Assembly: GCA_902596045.1 (NCBI GenBank)
Contig: CACJSJ010000001.1
Location: 136,351 to 200,350 of the forward strand
Source of the DNA: an uncultured Pelagibacteraceae bacterium
GTDB lineage: Bacteria > Pseudomonadota > Alphaproteobacteria > Pelagibacterales > Pelagibacteraceae
Direction: 5' to 3'
Length of the DNA: 64,000 bases
Part shown: positions 1 through 9,458 of the stretch, piece by piece
Numbering within the stretch: the stretch's first letter is position 1
Layout of the letters: each line of letters begins with the position of its first letter
Program-made: the position numbers and the translations under genes
Notes under the pieces: model-generated
Told to the model about the DNA's origin: nothing
What the model saw: only the letters and a program-made list of their open reading frames with translations
The model's database searches: none

Positions 1-1
1 A

Positions 2-289
2 TTATCTATTTTTCAATTAATCTCGCTATTTAGACTTATTCAAACTCTGAGAAGATCAGGAAGGTTTTCTTTTAATAAATCAAACTTTAATAACTCATCA
101 TCTATATCTGTTTCAGAAGCTTATAAAATTTTAAATTTAGATATGAACAAAAAAATTAGCAAAGATGATGTCACTAAAGCTTATGTTAAAATTCAAAAAA
201 AAATTCACCCAGACGTTTCCCCTGAAACTTCTAGATTATCTACTATAGTAAATGAAGCTAAAGATATAGTTTTAAATGACATTTCTTAA
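2..289 (+). CDS. 3' part of a J-domain (DnaJ-like, TimB/Pam18-type) protein, truncated by window start
   Basis: Manual translation of frame 2: ...SISVSEAYKILNL...KAYVKIQKKIHPDV...NEAKDIVLNDIS*, with HPD motif and EAYxIL helix; not in ORF track. Confidence 0.8.
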   Translation, partial: LSIFQLISLFRLIQTLRRSGRFSFNKSNFNNSSSISVSEAYKILNLDMNKKISKDDVTKAYVKIQKKIHPDVSPETSRLSTIVNEAKDIVLNDIS

Positions 290-1248
290 TTAATAATTTC
301 AATAATTTTATCAAAAATTTTTTGAGGACTAATCTTTTCTTTTCCTAATGTGTTATGAGAAACTGTTTTTTCCCCTTCAGGAATTATTGGAAACATTTTA
401 GAACAATAGTTACCATAAATTAAAGGAGTATCTGCCATTAAAGTTATGGTCTTTATTCCTGCTGCTGCAGAAAGATGACTAAAGCTAGAATCATTACAGA
501 TTGATAGATTACAATTTTTTATGATTGGCAAAGTTTCTTTAATTGAAAAATTATCCAAGGGCACACATAGATTTTTAAAATCAGAGTCTAATATTTCTTT
601 CAATATAATTTGCTCTTCATAATCTTTTCCAGTAGCAAGAAAAAATTTACATTTTTTAACTTTTGAAATTTTTTCAATGACACTCAAAAATATATTTGAA
701 GGGATTCTTTTTGTAGACCCTGAGCCTCCTATACCTAAAAGGATATTCATTTCATTCTTATTAATTTGAAATTCTTTAATAGATTTTAAAATTGAGCTAT
801 CATCAACTTGTACTTCTGGATCATCATTAACAATTAAATCTAATTTATCTTTTAAAAATTTTTTTGGAGTATCAATAATATGTTGTTTTGATTTTTGAAA
901 TAATGGATATTGGTAAATTTCAGGAATTCCACAAAATTTTGAAATTAAGTGATATCTGATAGATGAATTAAAAATGATAATTTTATCAAAATTATGTTTT
1001 TTAATATCTATAATTAAATTGAAATTTCCTAAAAATCCACTGTGCCTGTTATTAGTTTTGTTATCTCTTTCTAAAATGATGATTTTATCAATATAGTTTG
1101 TTTGATGTAAATATTGATGAGCTTTTGAACTTTCCTTTACAAGTATACTTATAGGTGAATTAAATTTTTTTGATAAAGCTTTTATAAAAGGTAAGAAAAT
1201 TACGGTATCCCCAATACCCATTCTATTTTGAACTGCTAATATTTTCAT
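286..1248 (-). CDS. Glycosyltransferase family 9 (LPS heptosyltransferase-like)
   Basis: KILAVQ..GIGD N-terminus and CNDSSFSHLSAA motif typical of GT9. Confidence 0.85.
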   Translation of the reverse strand: MKILAVQNRMGIGDTVIFLPFIKALSKKFNSPISILVKESSKAHQYLHQTNYIDKIIILERDNKTNNRHSGFLGNFNLIIDIKKHNFDKIIIFNSSIRYHLISKFCGIPEIYQYPLFQKSKQHIIDTPKKFLKDKLDLIVNDDPEVQVDDSSILKSIKEFQINKNEMNILLGIGGSGSTKRIPSNIFLSVIEKISKVKKCKFFLATGKDYEEQIILKEILDSDFKNLCVPLDNFSIKETLPIIKNCNLSICNDSSFSHLSAAAGIKTITLMADTPLIYGNYCSKMFPIIPEGEKTVSHNTLGKEKISPQKIFDKIIEIIN

Positions 1249-1297
1249 ATGGTATTTATAAACTTTACTAAGTATATTTTTTATATAAATTTTTATT

Positions 1298-2182
1298 ATG
1301 ACAAAAATAAGTGGAATATTTGCAGCTACTATGTCAGTTCTAAATTCTGATCTTAGTCTAAATGTTGATAAAACTATAGAACATGCTGAAAAATTAATAG
1401 ATCAAGGATGTCATGGAACAGCAATATTTGGAAGCACTGGACAATCTCAATTAATATCAATTTCTGAAAAAATTGATTTAATAAACAAGCTTTCAATTAG
1501 TAAATACAAAGATAAGCATTTAATCGGAACTGGTTTAAATTCTCTTGGTGAAACAATTAATTTTATGAAAATAGCAAGTTCATTGAAATTTAAAAAATTT
1601 TTAATCATGCCACCTGCATATTATAATTACGGCGACTCTGAGGTAATAGAATTTTACACAAAAATAATACAGTCAATTCCTGAGTGCAAAATTATACTTT
1701 ATAACTTTGAGAAGTTGTGTGGATATAAATTTAGTATAGAGTGTGTTGAAGAACTCGTCAAAAAATTTCCTCATCAAATAGTAGGCGTAAAGGACAGTTC
1801 ATATAATTTATATGAAAATCTAAAATTAGAAAATTTTTCAATCTTTCCTGGCTCAGAATTAAAATTATTAAAGGGTTTAGAGCTAGGATGTTCAGGAATA
1901 ATTACTGCCACATGTAATGTTACGGCTGAATTATCCAGAAAAGTTTATGATGACTTCTATTCAGAAAAAAAACAATCTGTTAATCAAAAACTTTGTGATG
2001 TAAGAGGTGCTTTTGATAAATATAATTTAATCTCTGGATTACACACTTATTGTTCTCAAGAAAATAAAATTTACAGGAACATTTTACCACCTTTAAGTCT
2101 TTTAAATAAAATGGAGGAAAAAGATTTGATACATACATTAAAAGATTTAAATTTTACAAATAAATCTTCATTGGCGGCATAA
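1298..2182 (+). CDS. Dihydrodipicolinate synthase (DapA)-family aldolase
   Basis: GSTGQ, ILYN and GVKDSS (Schiff-base Lys) motifs; GTTGE altered, so probably a paralogue. Confidence 0.85.
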   Translation: MTKISGIFAATMSVLNSDLSLNVDKTIEHAEKLIDQGCHGTAIFGSTGQSQLISISEKIDLINKLSISKYKDKHLIGTGLNSLGETINFMKIASSLKFKKFLIMPPAYYNYGDSEVIEFYTKIIQSIPECKIILYNFEKLCGYKFSIECVEELVKKFPHQIVGVKDSSYNLYENLKLENFSIFPGSELKLLKGLELGCSGIITATCNVTAELSRKVYDDFYSEKKQSVNQKLCDVRGAFDKYNLISGLHTYCSQENKIYRNILPPLSLLNKMEEKDLIHTLKDLNFTNKSSLAA

Positions 2183-3370
2183 ATGCAATTAGCTAGATTT
2201 TTAAATAAAGTATTCAAAAAAGATGGTTTTATTTTAACAGATGCTAATTCAAAAGATTATATTATAGGTAACCCTGGAAATAATCCAATAAAACTAAAAA
2301 TTCTAAACAAAAAACTCCATTACAAACTTCTGTTACATCCTGATTTATATTTTGGAGAAGCTTATACCAATGGTGAAATAATTATTGAAAACGGAACTCT
2401 TACAGATTTTTTAGATTTAGCATTAATGAATTTTGGAAGAGGAGAACTTAATTTTTTGAGTTATCTAATGAATAGACTTAGAGGATCGTATAGATATTTA
2501 ACAAATTTTAATTTTATTAAAAAATCTAAAATGAATGTATCCCATCATTATGATATCTCTGATGATCTTTACGATTTATTTTTAGATCCAAAGAGACAAT
2601 ATTCATGTGCTTACTTCAAAAATGAAAATGATAGTTTAGAAACTGCTCAAAATAATAAGATTCAACACATTATAAAAAAATTAAATGTCCAACCTAATCA
2701 AAAAGTTTTAGATATAGGTTGTGGCTGGGGGTCATTAGCAATTGATATAGCAAAAAGTGCAAAGTGTGAAGTTACAGGAATTACATTGTCAGAAAATCAA
2801 TTAGAATATTGTAAAAAAAAAGTCAAAGAAATGAATTTAGAAAATCAGGTTAAGTTTAAACTAATGGATTATAGAGAACTTAATGAAAAATTTGATAGAA
2901 TAGTAAGTGTTGGAATGTTTGAGCATGTAGGAAGAAAATTTTACAAAAAATTTTTTAAAAAAATTGAAAATCTTTTAAAAGATGATGGTATTTCATTAGT
3001 TCATACCATAGGTTCAGTTAATCCTCCAAGAGATCCACATCCGTGGATAACAAAATATATTTTTCCAGGGGGATATACACCAAGCTTAAGTGAAGTAACA
3101 ACTCCGATAGAAAAAGCAGGCTTAATAGTCACTGATATAGAGGTTTTAAGACTTCATTACTCTTACACTCTGAGTCATTGGAAGGAAAATTGTATTAAAA
3201 ATAAAGAAAAGATCATCAATATGTTTGATGAAAAATTTTTTCGAATGTGGGAGTTTTATTTAACAGGATGTCAGATGGCATTTAAATGGGGCGATCAAGT
3301 TGTATATCAATTTCAACTTACAAAAAATTATAAATCTACTCCGGTGACTAGAGACTATATTTATCAATAA
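2183..3370 (+). CDS. cfa: Cyclopropane-fatty-acyl-phospholipid synthase
   Basis: YSCAYF, LDIGCGWG, SVGMFEHVG, YIFPGG, RMWEFYL motifs. Confidence 0.92.
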   Translation: MQLARFLNKVFKKDGFILTDANSKDYIIGNPGNNPIKLKILNKKLHYKLLLHPDLYFGEAYTNGEIIIENGTLTDFLDLALMNFGRGELNFLSYLMNRLRGSYRYLTNFNFIKKSKMNVSHHYDISDDLYDLFLDPKRQYSCAYFKNENDSLETAQNNKIQHIIKKLNVQPNQKVLDIGCGWGSLAIDIAKSAKCEVTGITLSENQLEYCKKKVKEMNLENQVKFKLMDYRELNEKFDRIVSVGMFEHVGRKFYKKFFKKIENLLKDDGISLVHTIGSVNPPRDPHPWITKYIFPGGYTPSLSEVTTPIEKAGLIVTDIEVLRLHYSYTLSHWKENCIKNKEKIINMFDEKFFRMWEFYLTGCQMAFKWGDQVVYQFQLTKNYKSTPVTRDYIYQ

Positions 3371-3399
3371 ATTATTGGTAGAATCGAGCTTCTTTTTAA

Positions 3400-4587
3400 A
3401 TGAAAAAAAAACAAAAAAAAACAAAAAAAAATAAAAAAAAATCATCAAATCCCAAGATATCACATAAGTTAAAAAAGAATCTTAAAAAAAGAAAAAAGAT
3501 TATCAAAAGTAAGTTTAAGAGAGCGAAGAAAAAAAAAATAAAAAAAATCAAAAATAAAATTGTATATTTTAAAACCAAAAAAGTTCAAAAAGAGAGCCTA
3601 GTTTCAAAATTTGTTAAGTTACAATTATCTTTAAAGCCTCAATTTAATTTCAAGATCAATTTTCAAGTAGAAAAATATATTCAAGGATTTTTTGATAAAA
3701 TTTCTGAAACAATTTCAAATTATAAAATCTTAAAACAAGATGAAAAAAGAAGATTAAAATTAGAAAAAATTGATGAAGAAAGAAAAGCTAAAATTGCTGC
3801 TGAAAAACAAAAAAAAGAAGAGCAAGCTTTAAGAGTAAAATTTAAAGAACAAGCTTTAAAAGAAGAAGCAAGATTAGAAAAACAAAGAACAAAAGATATA
3901 AAATTGTTTTTGAGAAAAGAACAGGCATTTTTAAGAATCGAACAAGCGGAAAAACAAAGACAATTTTTACAACAATTAAGATTAGAAAAACAAATTGAAA
4001 AATTTAGAATTAGAGAAGTAAAAGAACTTGAGAAATTAGAAAAAATATCTTTAAAAGAAAAACGCGAAGATTATGCTGGTTTACAACAGAGAATAGAAAA
4101 GCTTAAAGAAAAATATCGAATTATCAGGGATCAAAAAATTAGAGAAAGAGTAGAGGCTCTTGGAGTTCAAATACGAGGTGATGAAGATAGAGAAACTTTA
4201 TTACAAAAAGAAAAAGAGTATACAATTGCTCGTCAAAAAATAGAATTTGCTCTTGAAAGTTTTTATAGAAGTGCGAGTAGTTTAGTTTTTCAATTAAATA
4301 AAAGACATATCACTCGACATATGTCTATTTTAAGATGTATTGACCGAAGGTTTGAAACAGGTGAAATTTTTGTAAAATGGGATGAGTCTGATGATGAAGA
4401 ATGGTTATTATTAATCTATATTAAAAATAATTCTCCAGATGAAGGTATTGTTATAGAAGATAAAACAAATCCTGAAAAAAATATTTCGCATGAATTTAAA
4501 AATAATGAAATTTTTAAAGCTTCTGATGAAATGGTAGATTCATTAACCCAATTGATTGCAAAACAAAGAAAAAAAAATGCTGATTAA
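3400..4587 (+). CDS. Hypothetical protein: polybasic N-terminus, long E/K/R-rich helical/coiled-coil middle, globular C-terminus
   Basis: 395-aa ORF filling the gap; possible extended -10 (TGGTAGAAT) just upstream; no family recognised. Confidence 0.8.
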   Translation: MKKKQKKTKKNKKKSSNPKISHKLKKNLKKRKKIIKSKFKRAKKKKIKKIKNKIVYFKTKKVQKESLVSKFVKLQLSLKPQFNFKINFQVEKYIQGFFDKISETISNYKILKQDEKRRLKLEKIDEERKAKIAAEKQKKEEQALRVKFKEQALKEEARLEKQRTKDIKLFLRKEQAFLRIEQAEKQRQFLQQLRLEKQIEKFRIREVKELEKLEKISLKEKREDYAGLQQRIEKLKEKYRIIRDQKIRERVEALGVQIRGDEDRETLLQKEKEYTIARQKIEFALESFYRSASSLVFQLNKRHITRHMSILRCIDRRFETGEIFVKWDESDDEEWLLLIYIKNNSPDEGIVIEDKTNPEKNISHEFKNNEIFKASDEMVDSLTQLIAKQRKKNAD

Positions 4588-4614
4588 CTTTATTGATTAA
4601 CTATTAGACTGATT

Positions 4615-4908
4615 ATGTTTTTTGGCACTATTTTCTTATTAATTATGTATCTGATGTTAAAATATGTATTAGCGTGGATTGCATATATCAACAATCTAGA
4701 CTCAAGACTCGGTGAGAGTACCTGGAGATGGTCATATGATTATCAAGTGGTTGGAGAAAGAGATTTTTCTGATTTAGATGATAAAGATTTTATAAGACTA
4801 AGAAGAAAAAAAAATAAACTTGTAACAATCATGTATACAATTTTTCTTATAATGTTTGTATCTTTTATGTCCTGGTTAAGTAAATTTTTGATACTTGTAC
4901 TTAGTTAG
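4615..4908 (+). CDS. Small hypothetical membrane protein (2 predicted TM helices)
   Basis: Hydrophobic N- and C-terminal segments flanking a polar loop; RRKKNK before the second TM. Confidence 0.65.
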   Translation: MFFGTIFLLIMYLMLKYVLAWIAYINNLDSRLGESTWRWSYDYQVVGERDFSDLDDKDFIRLRRKKNKLVTIMYTIFLIMFVSFMSWLSKFLILVLS

Positions 4909-5252
4909 TTTTTTATTTGTTTTTTATTTTTTAAGTACAGAAAAAAAGCTATAATTTCATAGCCTAAAGAAAATAAATTAAAAATAACTGGTAATTTAAA
5001 AAAATTGTATAAAAATTTGTATTTTGGTATCTTTTTCCACACCAAAAGAAATGCCTCTGCTCCTTGGATAATTTTTTTTCCTTCTTTTACATGAAGTCTT
5101 CGTAATAGTTCTTTACTATTTTTAGAGGTTTCCCTCTTTGCTAAATCGTTATTTGTTATATCCACCCAATCAATTTCTTGAATTTTTTCTTTTTTATATA
5201 AATCGATCTCTGCTTTACAAATTTTACACGAATTATTGAAATAAACTTTCAT
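4905..5252 (-). CDS. DCC1/DUF393-like thiol-disulfide oxidoreductase
   Basis: N-terminal YFNNSCKIC (DxxCxxC-like), RLHV, GAEAF..VW. Confidence 0.8.
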   Translation of the reverse strand: MKVYFNNSCKICKAEIDLYKKEKIQEIDWVDITNNDLAKRETSKNSKELLRRLHVKEGKKIIQGAEAFLLVWKKIPKYKFLYNFFKLPVIFNLFSLGYEIIAFFLYLKNKKQIKN

Positions 5253-5341
5253 ATATCTATATTTACTACTTAACTAAAATAAGTACATGCGTGAAATACT
5301 CCAGTTGAAAATTCCATATAACGAACTATGTATTAATAATT

Positions 5342-6754
5342 ATGAGTAATTTTTTTGAAAAATCTGATTTATCTAGAAATGAGGCAGAAAATATTATTTC
5401 CGATACTCTTAAAAAATGTGATGATGGCGAGCTATATTTAGAGAACTCTAAATCAGAAAGCATTTTGTTAGATGATAATAAGATAAAAAATTCAAGTTAT
5501 AGTTCAGATCTAGGTTTTGGATTCAGGGCAGTATCAGGTGAAATAGTTGCTTACTCCCATTCTAATGAAATATCAAAAAATTCATTAAGGCAATCAGCAG
5601 ATAATTTAAAATCAACTCTTAAATCTACTAAAGGTAACTACAATCATTCTATTCCTAAATCCAATAAAAAATATTATGAAAATATTAATCCAATCGAACA
5701 AAAATCACTTAAAAATAAAGTTGATATTTTAAATGACGTAAATAAATATTTAAGATCAAAAGATAAAAGTGTTAAGCAAGTTACTGCTAATTTTAGTGGT
5801 GAACAAAAATCTATAGAAATAATCAGATCTGGAGGAGAAACATTAACTGATATACGTCCTTTAGTAAGATTTAATGTATCTGTAATGCTTGAAAAAAATG
5901 GAAGAAAAGAGACAGGAGTATATGGAGTTGGTGGAAGACAATCTTATGATGCTTATCTTAAAGAAGATAACTGGAAAAATGTATGCGATGAAGCTTTAAG
6001 AATAGCTTCTGTAAACTTAGAGAGCAAGCCAGCACCAGCAGGGGAAATGAAAGTAGTTTTAGGACCTGGTTGGCCAGCAATTTTAATTCATGAAGCTGTA
6101 GGACATGGCTTAGAAGGTGATTTTAATAGAAAAAAAACTTCTGCATTTCACAATTTAATGGGTGAAAAAGTAGCGAGCGAAGGTGTTACAATTATTGATG
6201 ATGGTACTTTGGATAATCGAAGAGGAAGCCTTACAATAGATGATGAGGGAACCCCTACAGAGAAAACTGTACTAATAGAAAACGGAATTTTGAAAAACTT
6301 TATGCAAGATAGATTGAACGCTCGATTAATGAAAACTAAATCTACTGGTAGCGGTAGAAGAGAAAATTTTAGACATATTGTTCTACCGAGAATGAGAAAT
6401 ACTATGATGTTAAGTGGCAAACAAACACAAGACGAAATGATTAAATCTGTCGATAAAGGAATCTTCGCTGTCAGCTTTGGGGGTGGCCAAGTCGATATAA
6501 CTTCTGGAAAATTTGTATTTAATTGTACAGAAGCGTATGAGATAATAAATGGCAAAATTGGATCTCCTATTAAAGGAGCAACACTTATAGGCGATGGTCC
6601 GTCAATTTTAAAAGAAGTTTCAATGGTAGGTAATGATATGATGCTTGATCCTGGTATCGGTACCTGTGGAAAAGCAGGACAAGGTGTTCCAGTTGGAGTT
6701 GCCCAACCTTCTATATTAATAAACAAGATGACAGTTGGTGGCACAAAACTATAA
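5342..6754 (+). CDS. tldD: TldD metalloprotease subunit
   Basis: HEAVGHGLEGD, PRMRNT, CGKAGQGVPVG motifs. Confidence 0.97.
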   Translation: MSNFFEKSDLSRNEAENIISDTLKKCDDGELYLENSKSESILLDDNKIKNSSYSSDLGFGFRAVSGEIVAYSHSNEISKNSLRQSADNLKSTLKSTKGNYNHSIPKSNKKYYENINPIEQKSLKNKVDILNDVNKYLRSKDKSVKQVTANFSGEQKSIEIIRSGGETLTDIRPLVRFNVSVMLEKNGRKETGVYGVGGRQSYDAYLKEDNWKNVCDEALRIASVNLESKPAPAGEMKVVLGPGWPAILIHEAVGHGLEGDFNRKKTSAFHNLMGEKVASEGVTIIDDGTLDNRRGSLTIDDEGTPTEKTVLIENGILKNFMQDRLNARLMKTKSTGSGRRENFRHIVLPRMRNTMMLSGKQTQDEMIKSVDKGIFAVSFGGGQVDITSGKFVFNCTEAYEIINGKIGSPIKGATLIGDGPSILKEVSMVGNDMMLDPGIGTCGKAGQGVPVGVAQPSILINKMTVGGTKL

Positions 6755-8071
6755 ATGGTTAAAGATCAAGAATATTTAGAAAATAAAGCCTCTTATTGTT
6801 TAGACCTTGCCAAAAAATTAGGGGCTACAGATGCAAGTATAAATGTAGGCAGCTCTATTTCTGAGACTGTAAATTTTAGGAACAAAAAGCTTGATGAGTC
6901 TAATAGATCAGACAATCTAGGAGTAGATATAACTACTTACATAGGAAAGAAAAAATCATCTATATCTTCATCAAATTTATTACAAGACAACTTAAATATA
7001 TTAATTGAAAAATGTATTGAAACTACAAAAAATACTCCAGAGGATGAATTTAATGCGCTCCCCGATAAAGATTTACTTGCTCGAGAAATTAAAGAATTAA
7101 ATTTATATGATGATACTCATATTGAGAACGATAACAAAATTAAATATTTATCAGTATTAGAAAATTCTGCTTCTGTTGATAAAAAGATAATAAATACAGA
7201 GTCAAGTTTTACTGAAGATAAATCAAATTTTATTTTGGCTAATAGTGATGGTTTTTGTAAAGGTTTTAAAACTTCATCATTTGTAGCATCTAGTGTTGCT
7301 GTTGCCAAAGATGATAAAAGTATGGAGAGAGATTATGAATATACTCTTAAGTGTCATTTAGATGATATTAAAAGTGCAGAGGAATTAGGTAAGTCAGCTG
7401 CTGAAAATACTATCAGAAAATTAAGTCCCAAAAAAATTGGAAGTGAAAAGATTCCAATAATTTTTGATAAAAGAATTGCAAAAGGAATACTAAGCACTTT
7501 TGCTAGTGCAATATCTTCATCTGCCATTTCAAGAGGAACTTCTTTTTTAAAAGATATGATTGGTCAAAAAATTTTTTCAGATTCAATAAATATATTTGAT
7601 AAACCCGACATTATTAAAGGCTTAGGTTCAAAGAGCTTTGACTCTGAGGGAGTAAAAACAGAGACCCTTAAGTTAGTTGAACAAGGTATCTTAAAACATT
7701 ATTTGATAGATACTTATAACGGAAAGAAGTTAAATATTAAATCAAATGGAAGGAGCGGTGGAACCAGTAATCTTTATTTTGATAATGGAAAAATTGCTTT
7801 AAAAGATCTATTAAATTCTAATTCGAAAAGTTTATATATTACAGAGACAATTGGCCATGGAAGCAATATCATAACTGGTGATTATTCTGTAGGGGCAACT
7901 GGTTTTTTAGTTGAAAATGGGGAATTCAAATATCCTATTAATGAAATTACTATAGCCGGGAACTTCAGAGATATGTTTCAAAATATAACTTTAGCAAATG
8001 ACTTAGAATTTCAGTATTCAACAAATTCACCAACTTTAATGATTGAGGGCATGGTTGTTGCAGGTAAATAA
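6755..8071 (+). CDS. pmbA: PmbA/TldE protease subunit
   Basis: FDSEG, TGDYSVGA.GF, EITIAGN motifs; abuts tldD. Confidence 0.95.
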   Translation: MVKDQEYLENKASYCLDLAKKLGATDASINVGSSISETVNFRNKKLDESNRSDNLGVDITTYIGKKKSSISSSNLLQDNLNILIEKCIETTKNTPEDEFNALPDKDLLAREIKELNLYDDTHIENDNKIKYLSVLENSASVDKKIINTESSFTEDKSNFILANSDGFCKGFKTSSFVASSVAVAKDDKSMERDYEYTLKCHLDDIKSAEELGKSAAENTIRKLSPKKIGSEKIPIIFDKRIAKGILSTFASAISSSAISRGTSFLKDMIGQKIFSDSINIFDKPDIIKGLGSKSFDSEGVKTETLKLVEQGILKHYLIDTYNGKKLNIKSNGRSGGTSNLYFDNGKIALKDLLNSNSKSLYITETIGHGSNIITGDYSVGATGFLVENGEFKYPINEITIAGNFRDMFQNITLANDLEFQYSTNSPTLMIEGMVVAGK

Positions 8072-8077
8072 TTAAAT

Positions 8078-8758
8078 TTATTCAAAATTCTTAAGACGAT
8101 ACTCCCAGTCCCCCATTCTTGAATATGATACTCTTATAATCATAGAATTTTTTTTATCAAACCAAATATCAAAATCTAGCCGCTTATCTTTAGGCATCGA
8201 CATATCTTTAGAAATTAATTTAAAATGATCAACTTCATAAGTATTGCCATATTGATTGATTTTTTCTTTTCCTATAAATGTAACAACCTGCTCCTTGATA
8301 CTACCTGATACTGGACTAATTTGACTATTCGCTTGTAAAATTTTATGGTTCCACCAATTTCCAATGACATTATCATTAGAGGCCTTTCCACTAAACGAAG
8401 AACCTTTAATGTTAAATTTATTATCTTCTTCACTGAAGTCTAAATTAACAAATTTTTTTTTATCATTTTGTAAAGTTTTTGAGTTATACGAAATTAATTG
8501 ATCTTTAATATATTTTTCCTCTCCAAATCCTTCAACTTGAAAAATAGTTGCTCCTAAAAGCTTTACAGAAAATTTAATTTGATTAGTAACAATTGTTTCA
8601 TCACCTTTCCTACTAAAAAAATAATAGTTATATCCAATTAATTCCCCATTTCTAAAAATTTCCATTTCAATTTTATCATATTTATTATAGTGGCCCATAT
8701 GAGCTATCGAAATAGTTGAGCAGAGTAAAAGTAATAAAATAACTATGGTTTTTTTCAT
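8078..8758 (-). CDS. Secreted beta-rich hypothetical protein (DUF6134-like)
   Basis: Signal peptide; IFRNG..IG, WWN motifs. Confidence 0.65.
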   Translation of the reverse strand: MKKTIVILLLLLCSTISIAHMGHYNKYDKIEMEIFRNGELIGYNYYFFSRKGDETIVTNQIKFSVKLLGATIFQVEGFGEEKYIKDQLISYNSKTLQNDKKKFVNLDFSEEDNKFNIKGSSFSGKASNDNVIGNWWNHKILQANSQISPVSGSIKEQVVTFIGKEKINQYGNTYEVDHFKLISKDMSMPKDKRLDFDIWFDKKNSMIIRVSYSRMGDWEYRLKNFE

Positions 8759-8810
8759 TTACCAGCTACATTATTAGACTTTAGCGATAATAGAAATAAC
8801 TTATTAAAAA

Positions 8811-9458
8811 ATGTTTTTAAAAATAAAGAAAATACCTAAAGTAAATTGGAGTTCTGAAAAACCATATAATTTTAAACCAAGATTTTCTACATTTTTCTTT
8901 TTATGTTTTGGTTTAACTTTGTTTGGGTTGGGTGAGGGCTTGTTAATTGTTTCATTTACTGGAGCTTCTCCTTGGAGTGTTTTAGCGCAAGGTATTTCTT
9001 TAAACGTCAATTTAACTATCGGAACAATTACACTTTTAATAAGTATAGCAGTTTTAATTTTGTGGATACCATTAGGTCTAAAACCAGGAATGGGAACTAT
9101 CTTTAATGCATTGATAATAGCATTGATGATTGATCTTTGTATTAAATTTGTACCAACTCCATCTAATTATATTCATCAAATAATCTTAGCTGTCATTTCA
9201 GTAATTACCGTTGGAATAGGTGGTGGTATTTATTTGGTTTCTAATCTAGGAGCAGGCCCGAGAGATGGTTTAATGATAGGATTACAGAAAATATCAAATT
9301 TACCAATAGCAGTTGTTAGAGGAACTTTGGAAATTTCAGTTGTTAGTGTAGGGTGGTATTTAGGAGGAACGGTGGGGTTAGGAACTTTATTGTTTGCTTT
9401 TGGAATAGGTCCTTGTGTTGCTTTAGGGTTATATTTAGTTGATAAAATATTTGATTAG
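8811..9458 (+). CDS. YczE/YitT-family membrane protein
   Basis: GASPW, LGAGPRDGLM, GGTVGLGT motifs, multiple TMs. Confidence 0.85.
   Translation: MFLKIKKIPKVNWSSEKPYNFKPRFSTFFFLCFGLTLFGLGEGLLIVSFTGASPWSVLAQGISLNVNLTIGTITLLISIAVLILWIPLGLKPGMGTIFNALIIALMIDLCIKFVPTPSNYIHQIILAVISVITVGIGGGIYLVSNLGAGPRDGLMIGLQKISNLPIAVVRGTLEISVVSVGWYLGGTVGLGTLLFAFGIGPCVALGLYLVDKIFD

Noticed and set aside
3260-3578. Phe-rich minus-strand ORFs that look like membrane peptides (also 11234-11473)
   Set aside because: They are reverse complements of Lys-rich poly-A coding sequence.
6148-6744. 198-aa antisense ORF in tldD (likewise 10221-10580, 11010-11327, 47868-48269, 48802-49098, 51256-51519 and other short shadow ORFs)
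   Set aside because: They lie antisense or out of frame within well-conserved genes and have no recognisable motifs; typical codon-bias shadows.
5342-8071. tldD/pmbA as part of a RiPP (microcin) cluster
   Set aside because: No precursor peptide, YcaO or exporter adjacent; housekeeping pair.
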